From Prorocentrum cordatum (lineage: Eukaryota): a stretch of DNA of 64,000 nucleotides. The stretch spans positions 1 through 64,000 of the forward strand of contig CAUYUJ010000190.1 in assembly GCA_963575745.1 (NCBI GenBank), written 5' to 3'. The position numbers and the translations under genes were made by a program. Of this stretch, positions 27,360 through 39,728 are shown piece after piece; within the stretch, counting starts at the first letter, position 1, and each line of letters begins with the position of its first letter. The notes beneath the pieces were generated by a model, which was not told the origin of the DNA, searched no databases, and saw nothing but the letters and a program-made list of their open reading frames with translations.

Positions 27360-28815
27360 TCGGGGAACACGTGGGCATCTTGAAGGTCATCTTGGCCGCC
27401 TGGAGGCCATTTTGACCCTTTCGGGCTTCTTGGAGGACGTCTTGGAGGGCTCTTGGGCCGTCTTGGAGGCCATCTTGAGCGTCTTGGAGGCCTCTTGGGC
27501 CGTCTTGGGGGCCTCTTGGGGCCGTCTTAGGCCTCTTGGGCGATCTTTGGGGGCACTTGGGCCGTCTCGGGCCGTCGGAAGGCCGAAAAACAGCAAATGC
27601 CACAATCCTTGAACAACTCATGGGAAATCACTGATTTTGGCCTTTTCGGGCCTTCCTGGAGGCCCTCTTGGAGGCCTCTTGGGCCGTCTTGGGCCATCTT
27701 AGTGCCATCTTCGGTCGTCGTGGTGGGCCACTGGCCCGTCCGACGCCGTCGGAAGCCGTTTGGGGGGCCTCTCTGAGCCGATTTGGGGCCCTCTTGGAAT
27801 GCTCCAGGGTCGTCTTGGAGGCCATCTTGGGCGTCTGAAAAGCCTCCTGGGCCTCTTGGGGCCCTCTTTGGGCCGTCTTGGGTCGTTATGGAGCCATCTT
27901 GGAGGCCTCTTGGGCGATCTTTGGGCGATCTTTGGGGGCTCTTGGGCCGTATCGGGCCGTCGGAAGGCCGAAACGAAGCAAATGTCAAAATCCTTCGAAA
28001 ACCTATGGAACATCAGTTTTTTTTTTGTTGTTGCCTTTTTCTGGCCTTCCTGGAGGACCTCTTGGAGGCCTCTTGGGCCGTCTTGGGCCAGCTTCGAGCC
28101 AACTTCGGCTATTTTGGTGGGCTCCTGGCCCGTCTGATGCCGTCGGAAGCCGTTGGGGGGGCCTCTCTGGGCCCACTTGGGGCCCTCTTGGGGTGCTCCA
28201 GGGCCGTCTTAGAGGCCATCTTGGGCGTATTGGAGGCCTCGTGGACCGTCTTGGGGCCCTCTTGGGGTCGTCTTGGGGGCCTCTTGGGCCGTCACGGGGC
28301 CATCTTGGAGGCCTTTTGGGCGATCTTGGGGCGATCTTGGGGGTCTCTTGGGCCGTCTGGGGCCGTCGGAAAGCCGAAGAGGCGCAAATGCCAAAATCCT
28401 TCAAAAACCAACGGTAAATCAATGATTTTGCCTCTTCGGGCCTTCCTGGAGGACCTCTTCGACGCCTCTTGGGCCGCCTTGGAGGCCTCTTGGGGGCCTC
28501 TTGGGCCGTCTTGGGCCATCTTCAGGCTACCTTAGGCCGTCTAGGGTACATCTTGGGCCGTCTTGGAGGCATCTTGGGGCCATCTGAGCCGTCTTGGAGG
28601 CCATCTTGGCCGTTTTGGAGGCATCTTGGCCGTCTTGGAGGCCATCTTGGGGCCGTCTGGGGCAGGAAAACCGTTTGCAACCACCTCTTCCAGGTGGCCG
28701 GCGGGACGGGCCGAAGCCCCAGGGGGAGTTCTTTTGGAAAGAGAGCCAAAACCAAAAGCCATATCGTCCGGCACGCCAGGCACCCCTTTGATAAATCAAA
28801 AGGGGGCGGCGGATC
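27360..28815 (+). repeat. GGCCTCTTG/GCCATCTTG minisatellite-filled element ending in an inverted repeat plus hairpin
   Basis: Internal ~400-bp blocks repeated about 3 times (gccgtcggaaggccgaaa...aaatgccaaaatcctt). 3' hairpin cccctttgat-aa-atcaaaagggg followed by gcggcggat. Confidence 0.65.
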
Positions 28816-28917
28816 TTATGTAATGGCCTTCGGCCCGTCCCGCCTCCGTGCCTGGGTTGTGGGTCAGGGTTCCCAGGGATGCTTCTTCGCGTCTCTCACA
28901 AAGCTCTCGGGGGCCTC

Positions 28918-28957
<40 letters not shown>

Positions 28958-29108
28958 AAGAGAGATGATGAGAGAGGGGGAGAGCGAGTGAAGATAGAGG
29001 GAGAGAGCGAGAGAGAGCGAGAGAGAGAGAGAGAGAAAAAGAGCAGGCGAGAGAGACGGAGACTTCGAGCTGTGCGGAGCGTTCGCGGCCTTGCCGGCTT
29101 CCCCCCAG

Positions 29109-29150
29109 GAGTGGCCCGACGGCTCCACTTATCGTGGCGGCTACAAGAAG
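29109..29150 (+). CDS. MORN-repeat protein exon (EWPDGSTYRGGYKK)
   Basis: Pyrimidine-rich cccccag|G acceptor, GC donor at 29151, WPDG..Y.G motif. Confidence 0.88.
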
Positions 29151-29558
29151 GCGCCCAGTCGCTGCGCCCTGCCCTGTCCCCACCGATGCGAGCTCCTGGA
29201 TCTGCGTCATCTGAACCTGCATGTCCGTTACCCATGCGTAGTTTGTGTGTCGTGCAGCGAATCACCGCCACTCTTGCCTTTCTGGAAACGCCAGTGTGGC
29301 CAACACCCTGGCCAATGTGGCCCCCCAGCCGTTGTGGAACCCCCTAGGAGCACACTTGGTGGAGGAAAAGGCGAAGCTTTTTGAGGGGAAGGCAGACGAG
29401 GAGGTGGCCTCGGGGGTGTCTCTTAGGGGCCTCTTTAGGCCTCCTGGGGGCTTCTTGGGGTTCTATCTTGCCGTCTTGGAGGGCATCCTGGACCGTCTTG
29501 GAGGCTGTATAGGGTTGTCTTTGGCGGTTTGGAACCATCTTGGCTATCTTGGAGCCAT

Positions 29559-30841
29559 CATGACGGGTGGCGTTTGGCCCAGGCAGCGAGTCGCGGTCCT
29601 GGGCATCGAGACTGACGGCGTCACGTGCCCGAGGTACGGCGAGGCCTCAGAGACGTGGACACACCGCATGTGGGAGTGCAAACGCAACGAGACGATCGAG
29701 GGCTGCGAGAGGTCTGCCCACTTGATCGAACGATTGTTGACCGAGGTGGAGAACCAGCCGTGCCTATGGCTCAGGGGCATCCTGCCCAAGAGCTGGACGC
29801 AGGTCAAGCCACCACCAGAGCCAGGAGAGGAGCTGTACGGGAGTGTCGGCACCGTGGAGCACCTGGCGACGGACGAGTGGTTCATTGCAGCGGGCGACGC
29901 GTCGGGAGGCGAGTACGCGGCAGACCCACGCTTCCGAAAGATCGCGTGGGGATGGGTGGTCTTCAATTCTTTCGACGCGTGTGAAGGCAAGGGAGTGGCT
30001 GGTGGCAGAGGCGCCCTAACTAGATGGCGTCAGAGTGTCAACCGAGGCGAGCTCATGGCGAAGGGCAAAATCCCGAATTCGCACGTGGACCTGCGGATGG
30101 CGGTCAATCGGAGCATCGAAGGCAGGTAGCTGAGCATCGTGAAGGTGGAGAGCCATTTGAAGGCGCAGGCGGCGTTGGAAAGGGGCGTCAGCCCGATCGA
30201 CTGGCTGGGCAACTCGATCGCGGACAGCTTCGTGGACGGCATCATCGAGCAGGTCAGGTCCAGGTCCCGTGGGCGCAGGCGCGCTCCGTCGGCTTCGCGG
30301 AGGGCGCGGCGAAGCTGATCAGGGACCGCGCGCTCGGGACGCTGATGGCGTCCATCGATGTGGAGCCGTCGCAGGCGCCGAGCGTGAAGATCCAGAAGGA
30401 GGCCTACGTAGCGTAGCGGAGGCGCGACAAGCTGCTGGCGGGGACCCAGCACAACATCAAGTTCGAGGGGAAGCACTGCAGGTGCTTGCGCTGCGGGTCG
30501 GTCACGCCCGCGACTGCAGCGGGCGAGTGGCGGGCGGGAGAGCGCAACGCCATGGTGAAGACGGCAGCGGCGCACGGCTCGCTCATCAGCCGCGCGAGGA
30601 TCGGCAACCAAGAGGCGCACGCGTCACACAACATCGTGTACGACGAAGCCCTGCAGCTGCACTACTGCACGCTGTGCGGGTGCATTGGGCGAGAAGGGAT
30701 GAGGAGCATCGCAGCAAAGTTCAACGAGGCGCCCAAGCAGATGGGCAAGCAAAACCTCGCGAGGATCAAGGAGGGACTACAGCCTGGGACTTCGTTTTTG
30801 GCCAAGGAGTTCAACGAGAAGACAAAAACGAGGGGTACTGA
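29559..30841 (+). mobile_element. 3' fragment of a non-LTR retrotransposon with Cys/His motif and RNase H domain (pseudogenised)
   Basis: TCPRYG..ETWTHRMWEC zinc-binding-like motif and CLWLRGILP. RNase H motifs GDASGG, QSVNRGEL, VKVESHL and GNSIADSF. In-frame TAG at 30127. C-terminal CxxC motifs (CLRCG, CTLCG). Confidence 0.75.
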
Positions 30842-31868
30842 AGGTGGCGCTCTGTTTGCGCGTCGCCTTGTCTCCGTGGGGCCCAGACTGGGCCCGAGGA
30901 GCCGCTGGCCCTTGCATCACAAATCTTGGATTCCTTTGAGGGCGTTTTGGCGCCCTATGGGAAGTCCTTTGAGCCGTCTTTGGGTGATATCGGAGGCCTC
31001 GCGGGCCGTCTGAGGCTGTCGGATGCCCTCGAGTGCGAGAACGCCCAAATTGTCGAACAGCCAAAGGCATATCAACTATTCCCGCAATTCGCTAGAGGGT
31101 TTTAGTGGAGATCAAAGATCTCTCCCGCTAGGATCTCCACAGGGTGGGTCGGGGGGAGGCGTCCCTCAGGCCCGGCGGCGGCCCGGCAGCGGCCCGGCAG
31201 CAGCCAGGCAGCGCGGCCCAGGAGCGCTCGCTATTGTGTTCACGGGTAGCCGCGCATGGTCCAAGATTTTTGTGCACGCTGTATTGTTTTTGTAAGGGCT
31301 GGTGGGCCCGCGCGCAGCAGACAATTTGCCAACGCCCCGCCATCCTTATCGAAAACAAGACACTGTGATCGCGGGGGGGGCACGCAGGGTCCCAGATTTT
31401 GCCACAAAGAGTCCTTCGTATTGCTGTTTTGTGCAGATATTGTGGGCGGGGGGTGGCATCGTTCCCGGTTCTCTCCTGGTCAGGTGTGGATTGGACGGGC
31501 CGTAGTGTAATGATATGGAATGTGATAAGCCTTCCCCAAGGGACATCGGGGGTTGGAAGGGGAAACGCGCTAAACCACTTGGGCCCTGAAAGGCTGGTGG
31601 GGCACGCCTGGCTGCAGATATCCTTCGACTTCTGAACCTCGGATGGTGTTTGAAATCCTCACCTGCAAAGGTAGGGTTTGGAGGTGGCTGCTTGCCGCTC
31701 GTCAGGAACACTGCGCCCCGCGTCTCATCCAAGTGTATGTTTTAACAGGTTGTCGTAATGGCCAGTACTCGCGTTACGACTGTGGCTGTTGAGGCATGTT
31801 GTCCCCGCCCATCTCCCCCCTCGGAACAAAAAAATTCGGAGGTGGTTGCCCACCGTCCGCTCCCCCAG

Positions 31869-31946
31869 GACCTGCGCCAGGGCGAAGGCACCCTCACGTG
31901 GCCCGACGGGAGGAAGTACCGCGGCCAGTGGTGCAACGGCAAGCAG
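31869..31946 (+). CDS. MORN-repeat protein exon (DLRQGEGTLTWPDGRKYRGQWCNGKQ)
   Basis: cccag|G acceptor, GA donor at 31947; a full MORN repeat. Confidence 0.9.
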
Positions 31947-32137
31947 GAACTGCCCGAGACGCGCCGCGGGCGCCTCTCCCACCGCGAAGGGGGGCTGCTG
32001 GCCTCGTAGTCGCGGCGACGTGCCGGCCTCGATCAGACAGGGCCGCCTGCGATACGACCCGATGCGATGCGATCCGCCACGTGGGGTCGCGATTCCGATT
32101 CGATCCTATTCGGCCCCATTCGCCGGCATTGTCTGGG

Positions 32138-32772
32138 TAGGGGGCCACATGCGAACCCTACCCCTACCCCCCACGCTTCCCGAGGGGGAGGGTGGGGTTC
32201 ACTTCGTTCGGGAGCTCCTTTTTTTTGTTTTGTTCTCAATTTTTTTTTCCCGAGCGAGTGAACCCAACCCTACCCCTCAGAAATCGGTGGGGGGCAGGGC
32301 CGGGGGTAGGGTAGGGTTCGCCATTTTCGCGGGTCCCCTGCTCGGGCAGGCCGGAAGCCGGGCGCGGCGATCCGATCTCGATGGATTCGGGACGGAATTT
32401 TTTTTTGTCTTTTTTTTTTTTTTTCTTTATGTTTTCTGTTTCCACAACTTTTTCCTTTCCCTGGGCGACTCGACCGTTTCCGGCCCGAGCCGATTTCGCC
32501 ATGCGGTGCAGCTCAGGCCTGCCGGGAAGGCGCCGCCACCGGCCGGGCCCATCCTGGCACGGGATCGGTGCCACACGGGAGCGACACCACCGTCGGCGGT
32601 AAGCCCAGGGAGGGAGTGGAGAATAGGGGCGAGGGGACCACATGCGAACCCTACCCCACCCCCCCACGATTCTGAGGGGAGGGTGTGGGTTCACTTCGCT
32701 CGGGAGCTCCCGAACGAAGTGAACCCCACCCTCCCCCTCAGAAATCGTGGGGGGTAGGGGTAGGGTTCCCAT
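32138..32772. mobile_element. Two diverged copies of the 17961 palindromic MITE
   Basis: ggggccacatgcgaaccctacccc...gtggggggtaggggtagggtt arms at ~32138-32322 and ~32633-32772. Confidence 0.75.
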
Positions 32773-35700
32773 TTAGCCCCCCTAGGGGCGGGCCTTCGCA
32801 AAAGGCTCGGGAATCCCTGGGCCTTCTGAAGTCTGCGAAGCCTTTCCCGATGACGCATAACACGTTCTCAGAAGGCGCGAGGGCTTCTGAGAAGCTCCGC
32901 CGCCTCTGAGAAGGCCTTGTCCTGGTCACTCTCCCCCCCTCGCTCGCCACCCAGGGGTCCCAGCGGGGTTTTCTCAGGGCCTTGTGAGAAATCTTCGAAG
33001 CCTTCCCCGCAGGCGCGGAGACCTTCCCAAAACGCCGTAGGGCCTCTGAGAAGCCCCGCCGCCCTCTGAGATGGCCTTGTCCTTCTCACTTCCTCCCCTT
33101 GCCCAAGAGGGTCCCAACAGGGGCCAAAGAGGGGCCCACGACGGCCACAAGAGCGCCCAAGAGCGCTCCAAGAGCGCCCCAAGAGTAGTCCAGGAGGCTA
33201 TGTTGGGGGCTCCCGAGGGGGGGGGGGGCGGAAATAGGGAACCCCCTTTTTTTTGAGTGATCTCCTCCAAGATGGCCCCGGAAGCGCCCCTGAAGCCTCC
33301 CAGGAGCGCTCCAAGAGGGCCCCAAGAGGCACCCAGGCGGCCCCAAGGGGCGCCCCAAACGCTTCCAAGAGGCCTCCGAGCCGAAGGGTGCACTGCGAGC
33401 GCCCCCGGCTGCGCGGCGGGAGGCGGCTGTGCAGCCGGCCCTGTCTCCCGAAGGGCGCTACAGCCACGGCGTTCGGAGGCTGGGCCAGCCTCGGGGGCTC
33501 CCGGACGGTGGGGTGGCCACGCCGTTACGGGGCGTGAGAACGACCACAGCCACTGCTTTTCTTCTGTTGCCGCCTTCCAGCCCGCAGAAACAAAGCAGTG
33601 GTCGTTGGTCATTTTCGTGACCACAGCCACTGCTTCTTTTTCGGCCGGCTGGAAGGCGGCGCAAACAAGAAGCAGTGGCCGTGGTCATCTTCCCGTCCCG
33701 CAACCGTGCGTCGTTTCCCCATCCCCATCCGCATCCAGACCCCCAGCATCCCACCCCACCAGTTGGGGATGTATACCCCTCGGAGCCCGAAGGACACGGC
33801 CTGTCTCCCCATCCTGGGGGTCGGATCGGCCAGTGGGGCCAGGCCACGCCGTCGGGGACAGGGGTCGGGTAAGCGATACTCAGGTGGGGACTCGGGGTCA
33901 CCGCACGGTTCTGGGACTTGGGTCGATCTCCGAGGACGGGGCCTCGAGGGTCCCCAAACCATGCGTCTCCTCCTCCTCCTCCTCCTCCTCCTCCGCCTCC
34001 TCCTAGGTCGATGGGGAATTCGAGGTCACCGAACGGTCCGTCACCGTGCGGCTTTGGGGCCCCGAACAGCCCTTGCTGGCGGCAGGGGGGAGGGTGGAGC
34101 GGGGGGGGGGGGACAGGCGGAAGGAGCGCACGCGCACGGCCAGCATGTCCGAGCAGTGCGAACAGACTGACGCGAATCTGTGCCCGTCAGCACCAGGAGG
34201 TCGTCCCAGGAAGCTTCAGAATATGTGGGCACAGTGATGCCCACGGCCCAGGGCAGTTTCAGCACCCCCGCCAGTGTACGGCAGCTTTTCGTCGTGCCGA
34301 CGGGGCTGCGATCCTAGCGCGAGCGTTCAAGGTGGAAAGCCGCTGGTGGCACAGAATCGGCCAATAGGGAACGATCTGGCGATCGAAAAGCCGCTCATCG
34401 TTGAAGGTTGGACGATCCGAGCGGTGTCAGTCACCAATGTCGAAGTCGACACGTCAAGGATTTGCCGCTCGCCGTGGCCAGAAAAGCCCCCTCCTTCCTG
34501 CCTCGCCGTTCCCAATGGTAGCGCGTTGGCTGCATTCAGTTTTCCCTGGTCGCCCACATCGTCGAGTCGGCATCTCACTCGCGCCGTCGCCAGGCCGTCC
34601 CAGCGATCGCCGTCCGCCGCCGTCCAGCCGGCCGCTGCGTCTCGTAGCCGCGCCAGTGTTCGGTGTGCGGCGCGGCCCCCGCCGCCCCCAGGGATGCGAC
34701 GGCGCGCTTTTTTCGAGGCGCGCGCTCCCAGACCTCTCGACCCCTTCCCCGGGGCCAGCCTTCCATCCCGCGCCGTCTCTGGCCCGGAGGGCTGACGAGT
34801 GCCCAGAGGACGAGACCCTATAATTGGCTCCTCCTCCTCCTCCTCCTCCTCCTCCTCCTCCTCCTCCGCCCCCCCCCCCTCCTCCTCCTACTCCTCCTCC
34901 TCCTCCTCCTACTTTCCTCCTCCTCCTGCCTCCTCAGCCTACTACTCTCCTCCTCTCTCCTCCCTCCTCCTCTCCTCTCCCTCCCCTCCTCTCTCCTCCC
35001 CTCCTCATCCTCCTCCTCCTCCTCATCCTTACTCCCTCCTCCTTCTCCTCCTCACCCTCCAATCCTCATCTAGCTCTGCTGTCCTCCTCCTCCTCCTCCT
35101 CCTCCTCCTCCTCCTCCTCCTCCTCCCCCTCGGGTCACCTATGGCCCCGGGGGAAGCCGTGCACCCTCGCCTCGGTCGGTCTCTGGGGGCACGCTCGACG
35201 GGCCCCGCGACCATCGCAGGGCGACGAATGGCTGGCCCCCGGGGAGGCGGTCCAGACTCTGGGGGCCCACGCATCGAGCTGCCCACGGCGAAGGGCCCAA
35301 CCCTCGATGAACGCGTGGCGACCATGCGCAGGACCGCTCAATGCGAATGGACATACTGAGGGAAACCAGTACTCCTGAACGCTTCGCCAAAGATCGAATC
35401 GGGGATCAGTTAAATGATTACTTTACTCCAAACTTGATTTTCCCGCCGTCTATAAAGAAACGCGTGGATTGTTCGTGGATCGACATTGTACGTATTTTGT
35501 CGTGGATCCGGCGGGGAAATCAATCTAGGAGTAATTCAATTCTGTAGTCGATTCCCTACTCGAAAAGAGCGCAATGTAACACTGAATTGAGCGGGGAGGA
35601 GCGAAGTGGGCGTGGCGACACCTTGCGAGCCCAACCACCAGGGCCTTCGCATGAGCTCCCTATGGGGCCACGAAGCGAGTGAGGGTTGCGCCGAATTGGG

Positions 35701-36639
35701 GCGGGGTGACGCCATGCGAACGCAGCCACTGGGGCCTTCGCAGGAGCTCCCGATGTGGCCACGAAACGTTTCAGGTGTCTGCCGACATGGGGCGGGTCAC
35801 CATGTGAACCAAACCGCTGGGGCCTTCGCTGTAGCTCCCTATGGTTGAGTGTGCGTTTTGGAGGCAAACTAGCCTCAAAAGCTAAACTCAAAAAACTCGA
35901 ATAATATTATGATTCAGCTCTGATTCAACTCTGGCCCAGAACTCTGTTTCATCTTTGATTTTTTTGAAACGCTGATTTAACTCTGGTCTGATTTCTGATT
36001 TCACTCTGATTCGGCTCTGTCCCCAGCCAGAGCTTAATCATAGCTAAATCAGAGTTCCAGACCAGAGCTTAATCAGAGTTTCAGCTAAACCAGAGAGATG
36101 AATCAGAGTTTATGGCCAGAGCCAAATCAGAGTTTCAGCCAAACCAGAGAAGAGTGTCAGGCCAGAGCCAGAACAAGGCTGAATTAGAGTACCATCAGAG
36201 TTCTGGCAGTCCTGGGCGGAGGGCGCGGGGCGCGCTGCGCAAGTGCACTTGTCCTCCCTCCTTGTCCATCCTCCCTCTTCCCCTCGCTCTCTTTCCTACC
36301 TCGTCTATCCCCTCCCTCCTTCCTCCGCTTCCCTCTCCCTCCCTTCCCTCCTCCCCCGTTCGCGTCCCTCTTCCCCCCTCTCCCCTCCCATCCTCCTCAG
36401 TTTGTCTCCTCCCTCCTCCCCTTATCCCCGCCCTTATCCTCCACCTTCCCTCCTCCTCCTCTTCCTCCCCCTTGCCCTCGCTAGTCCCGTTTCCTCCTTC
36501 CTCGGTCGCCGTCGCCCTCCACGTGCTGTCCCTCCCCTGCCCTCGGCCCCCATTCCTCCCTTCGTCCTTTTGTTCCTCCTCATCCTCCCCCTCCCCCTCC
36601 TCCGCATCGAGCGTCAGTCTTCGCTCCTCGGCCTCAGGT

Positions 36640-38010
36640 GTCCCGCCCTCGTTCTCGCCCTCGCTTCCCCCTTCGCCCCAGGCCCCGCGCCCGGCCTCGT
36701 CTCCGCCCTCGCCCCCGCGCCCGCCCTTGCCCCCGCCCGAGGCCATTTTCACTTCAACCCTCTTTTTCGCCTTCGCCTTCGATCCCGTCCTTGCTCTCAC
36801 CGTCGTTCCAGCCCTCGTTCCCGCCCTCGTTCCCTCCCTCGTTCCAACCTTCGTTACCGCCCTCGTTTTCGCTCTCATTCTCGCCCTGGTTCCCGCCCTC
36901 GTTTCCGCCTTCGTTCCCGCCCTCGTTCTCGCCCTTGTTCTCGCCCTCGTTCCCGCCTTCGTTCCAACCTTCGCTCCCGCCGTCGCTCCCGCCCTCGTTC
37001 CTGCCGTCGCTCCCGCCCTCGTTCTCGCACTCGTTCCCGCCCTCGTTCCCGTCCTCGTTTTCTTTCTCGTTCTCGCCCTCGCTCCCGCCCTCGTTCCCGC
37101 CTTCGTTCCCGCCCTCGTTCTCGCCCTCGTTCTCGCCCTCGTTCCCGCCTTCTTCCCGCCTTCGTTCCCGCCCTGGTTGTCTCGTTCCCGCCCTCATTCT
37201 GTTTTCGTGTTGCCCTCGTTCTGAGGCCGCCCGGAGGCCGCCAGGGGAACCCAAGGTCCGCCTGGGGAAATCAGATTTGAAGCAGAGTTTCGGCCAGACC
37301 TCAAACAGACTTCAAACGGACCTTGAAGACCTCAAACAGACCTTAATCAGAGTTTGGCCCAAAGCAGATTTGAAACATACCTCAAACATACCTTAAACAG
37401 ATCTCAAACAGACCTTAATCAGACTTCAATCAGACCTCCCAGAGGTTCCCCCACAGGAGGTTCCCCAGAGGTTCCCCGGAGGCGCCCAGGGAATTCCCGA
37501 GGCGCCCTGAGGCGGCCCCTCACTCTCATTCCCGCTTTCGCTCCCCCCTTGTTCCCGCCCTCGCTCCCGCCCTCGTTTTCGCCCTCGTTCTCGCCCTCGT
37601 TCTCGCCCTCGTTCTCGCCCTCGTTCTCGCCCTCGTTCCCGCCTTCGTTCCCGCCTTCGTTCCTGCCCTCGTTCCCGCCCTCGTTCCCGCCCTCGCTCCC
37701 GCCCTCGTTTTCGCCCTCGTTCTCTTCCTCGTTTTCGCCTTCGCTCCCGCCGTCGCCCCCGCCGTCGTTCGCGCCGTCGCTCCCGCCCTTGTTCTCGCCC
37801 TTGTTCCCGTCCTCGCTCCCGCCCTCGTTCCCGCCCTCGTTCCCGCCCTCGTTCTCATCCCCGTTCTGGCCCTCGCACCCGCCCTCGTTCCCGCCCTCTT
37901 TATCTCGCCCTCGTTCTCGTCGCCCTCGTTCCCGCCCTCGTTCTCGCTCTCATTCCCGCCCTCGTTCCCGCCCTCGTTTCCGTCCTCGCTCCCGCCCTCG
38001 TTCTCGCCCA
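36640..38010. repeat. 12-bp minisatellite (CGCCCTCGTTCC)n in two blocks
   Basis: Directly visible at 36640-37220 and 37530-38010. Confidence 0.9.
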
Positions 38011-39582
38011 TCGCCCCCGCCCCCCTTCCCACCCCAGTTCCTGCCCTCGCCTCCGCCTTCGTTCTCGCAGTCGTTCCTACCCTTGCCCCTCGTCCCCGCT
38101 TTCGTTCTGGGCACCTCCCAGGGCGCCTCCCGCGCCCCCGAGCAATGCGAAAAGTGCAGCGCTTCTCCTCTGCGCGTCCTGCCCCCGACCTGTCCTGGGC
38201 GGGCGGCGGGGATTGGGGGCGGTCGCCGCGACGCGCGCCCTGTCGCGGCGCGGCACCTGGTAGCCTTGAGGAGCGAGTCTCGGGTGAGTTTTTTTTCGCC
38301 CCAGTTGTCGTTGGGCAGTTTTGGGCAGGGCCGCGCAGGCGGGGGGTGCTGCCCCCGCCCCGGCTCGCAGCATTTGGCAGCTGGCGGCTGGGCCCCCAGC
38401 CGTGATCTGCCGCTTGGCTTACGCATTCCTGTTGTTTCTCTTCTTGAAGACGCATGCGCATGGGGCCGACCCGGCAGCGTTCTGGGCCGACGCCGCGGCA
38501 TCGGTCTCGGTGGGCCCAAACCAAGCCAGAAACTTACTTTAGAGTTCCCAGTCGGACCTAAATCAGACTTGGGCCTTAGGGCCAGAGTTAGATCAGAGTT
38601 CCAGTTGGACCTAAATCGGAGTTGGTGCTGAGGACCAGACTTGAATCAGGGTTCCAGCGCAGATATGAATCCGACCTTCGTCGAAATTTTCGACCTGAGC
38701 AGAGAAACGGAGTATGCCCCCATGGGGACGCGCTCAACTTTATGGTGCCATGAAACGTGCGAGGGGTCTGCCGAGCTGGGGCGGGTCACCATGTGAACGC
38801 AGCCGCTGCGGCCTTCGGTGGAGACCCCGATCAGGCCACGAAGCGTGTGAGGGGTGCGCTGACGTAGAGCGAAACGGTGATCAGCATAATGGAGGTGGTG
38901 GTGGCGAGTACGAAAGCGGTGATGCTAACGACGACGATGGTGAGGATGATGCTGATGACAATGGTGATCAGGAAAGAACGAAGCGGGGGAGGGCGCTGGG
39001 GATTCGAAGCGAGGACCCAGCGCACAGGAGAGTTGGGAAACAACTGGGGCGCCAGATATCTGATGATCGTTTTCGGATTCATCGTTTTGCCGGTCGGCGC
39101 GGGCCCTCGCGCCCCCCGCCCCGCCCCCCCAGAGTATTGGCTGTTCTTGGCGCCTGTCCCCAGCTGGCGGCATCTCCCCCATGGGACGCAGTGCTGCAAA
39201 CGGCCGCACGAAGCAGAGGTCTGGGCCAGACCCCCCCCCTCCCCCCACCCTTTCCGCCCAGGAGGAGGAGGAGGAGGAAGGAGGAGGAGGAGGAGGAGGA
39301 GGGGAGGAGGAGGAGGAGGAGGAGGAGGAAGGAGGAGGAGGAGGAGGAGGAGGCGGAGGAGGAGGAGGAGGCGGAGGAGGAGGCGGCGGAGGAGGAGGAG
39401 GAGGAGGAGGAGGAGGAGGAGGAAGAGGAGGAGGAGGTGTCGAGACGCCGGATACGAAAACGCTTTCCTGGGGATGCGCGATGGGACGGAGGGGCCTTCG
39501 GTCCGCGACCACTCACTGCGAGCCCTGCTGCCCAGTCGACGCTCTGGTGTCGGCCGCCCCCGCTGAAGTTCCCTCAGTCAGC

Positions 39583-39728
39583 CAGGGCTGGACCTAAACG
39601 GTGTTTTGGGTAATTTCGTGGGCCGTTTTCGCTTCGATTTCGTTTTGCGGTAAAGGCGGATTCGGGACAAAAGCAAGGTAAAACGAACACAAAACGAAAA
39701 CGAAAAACACCGTTTAGGTTCAGCCCTG
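39583..39728. mobile_element. hAT-type MITE, copy 1
   Basis: TIR cagggctggacctaaacggtgtttt / aaaacaccgtttaggttcagccctg; 8-bp flanks cagtcagc / ctgtcagc (7/8 match). Confidence 0.8.

Noticed and set aside
36112..38631. Hydrophobic (PALV)n and (PPSF)n ORFs
   Set aside because: They come from a 12-bp minisatellite that is open in all frames.
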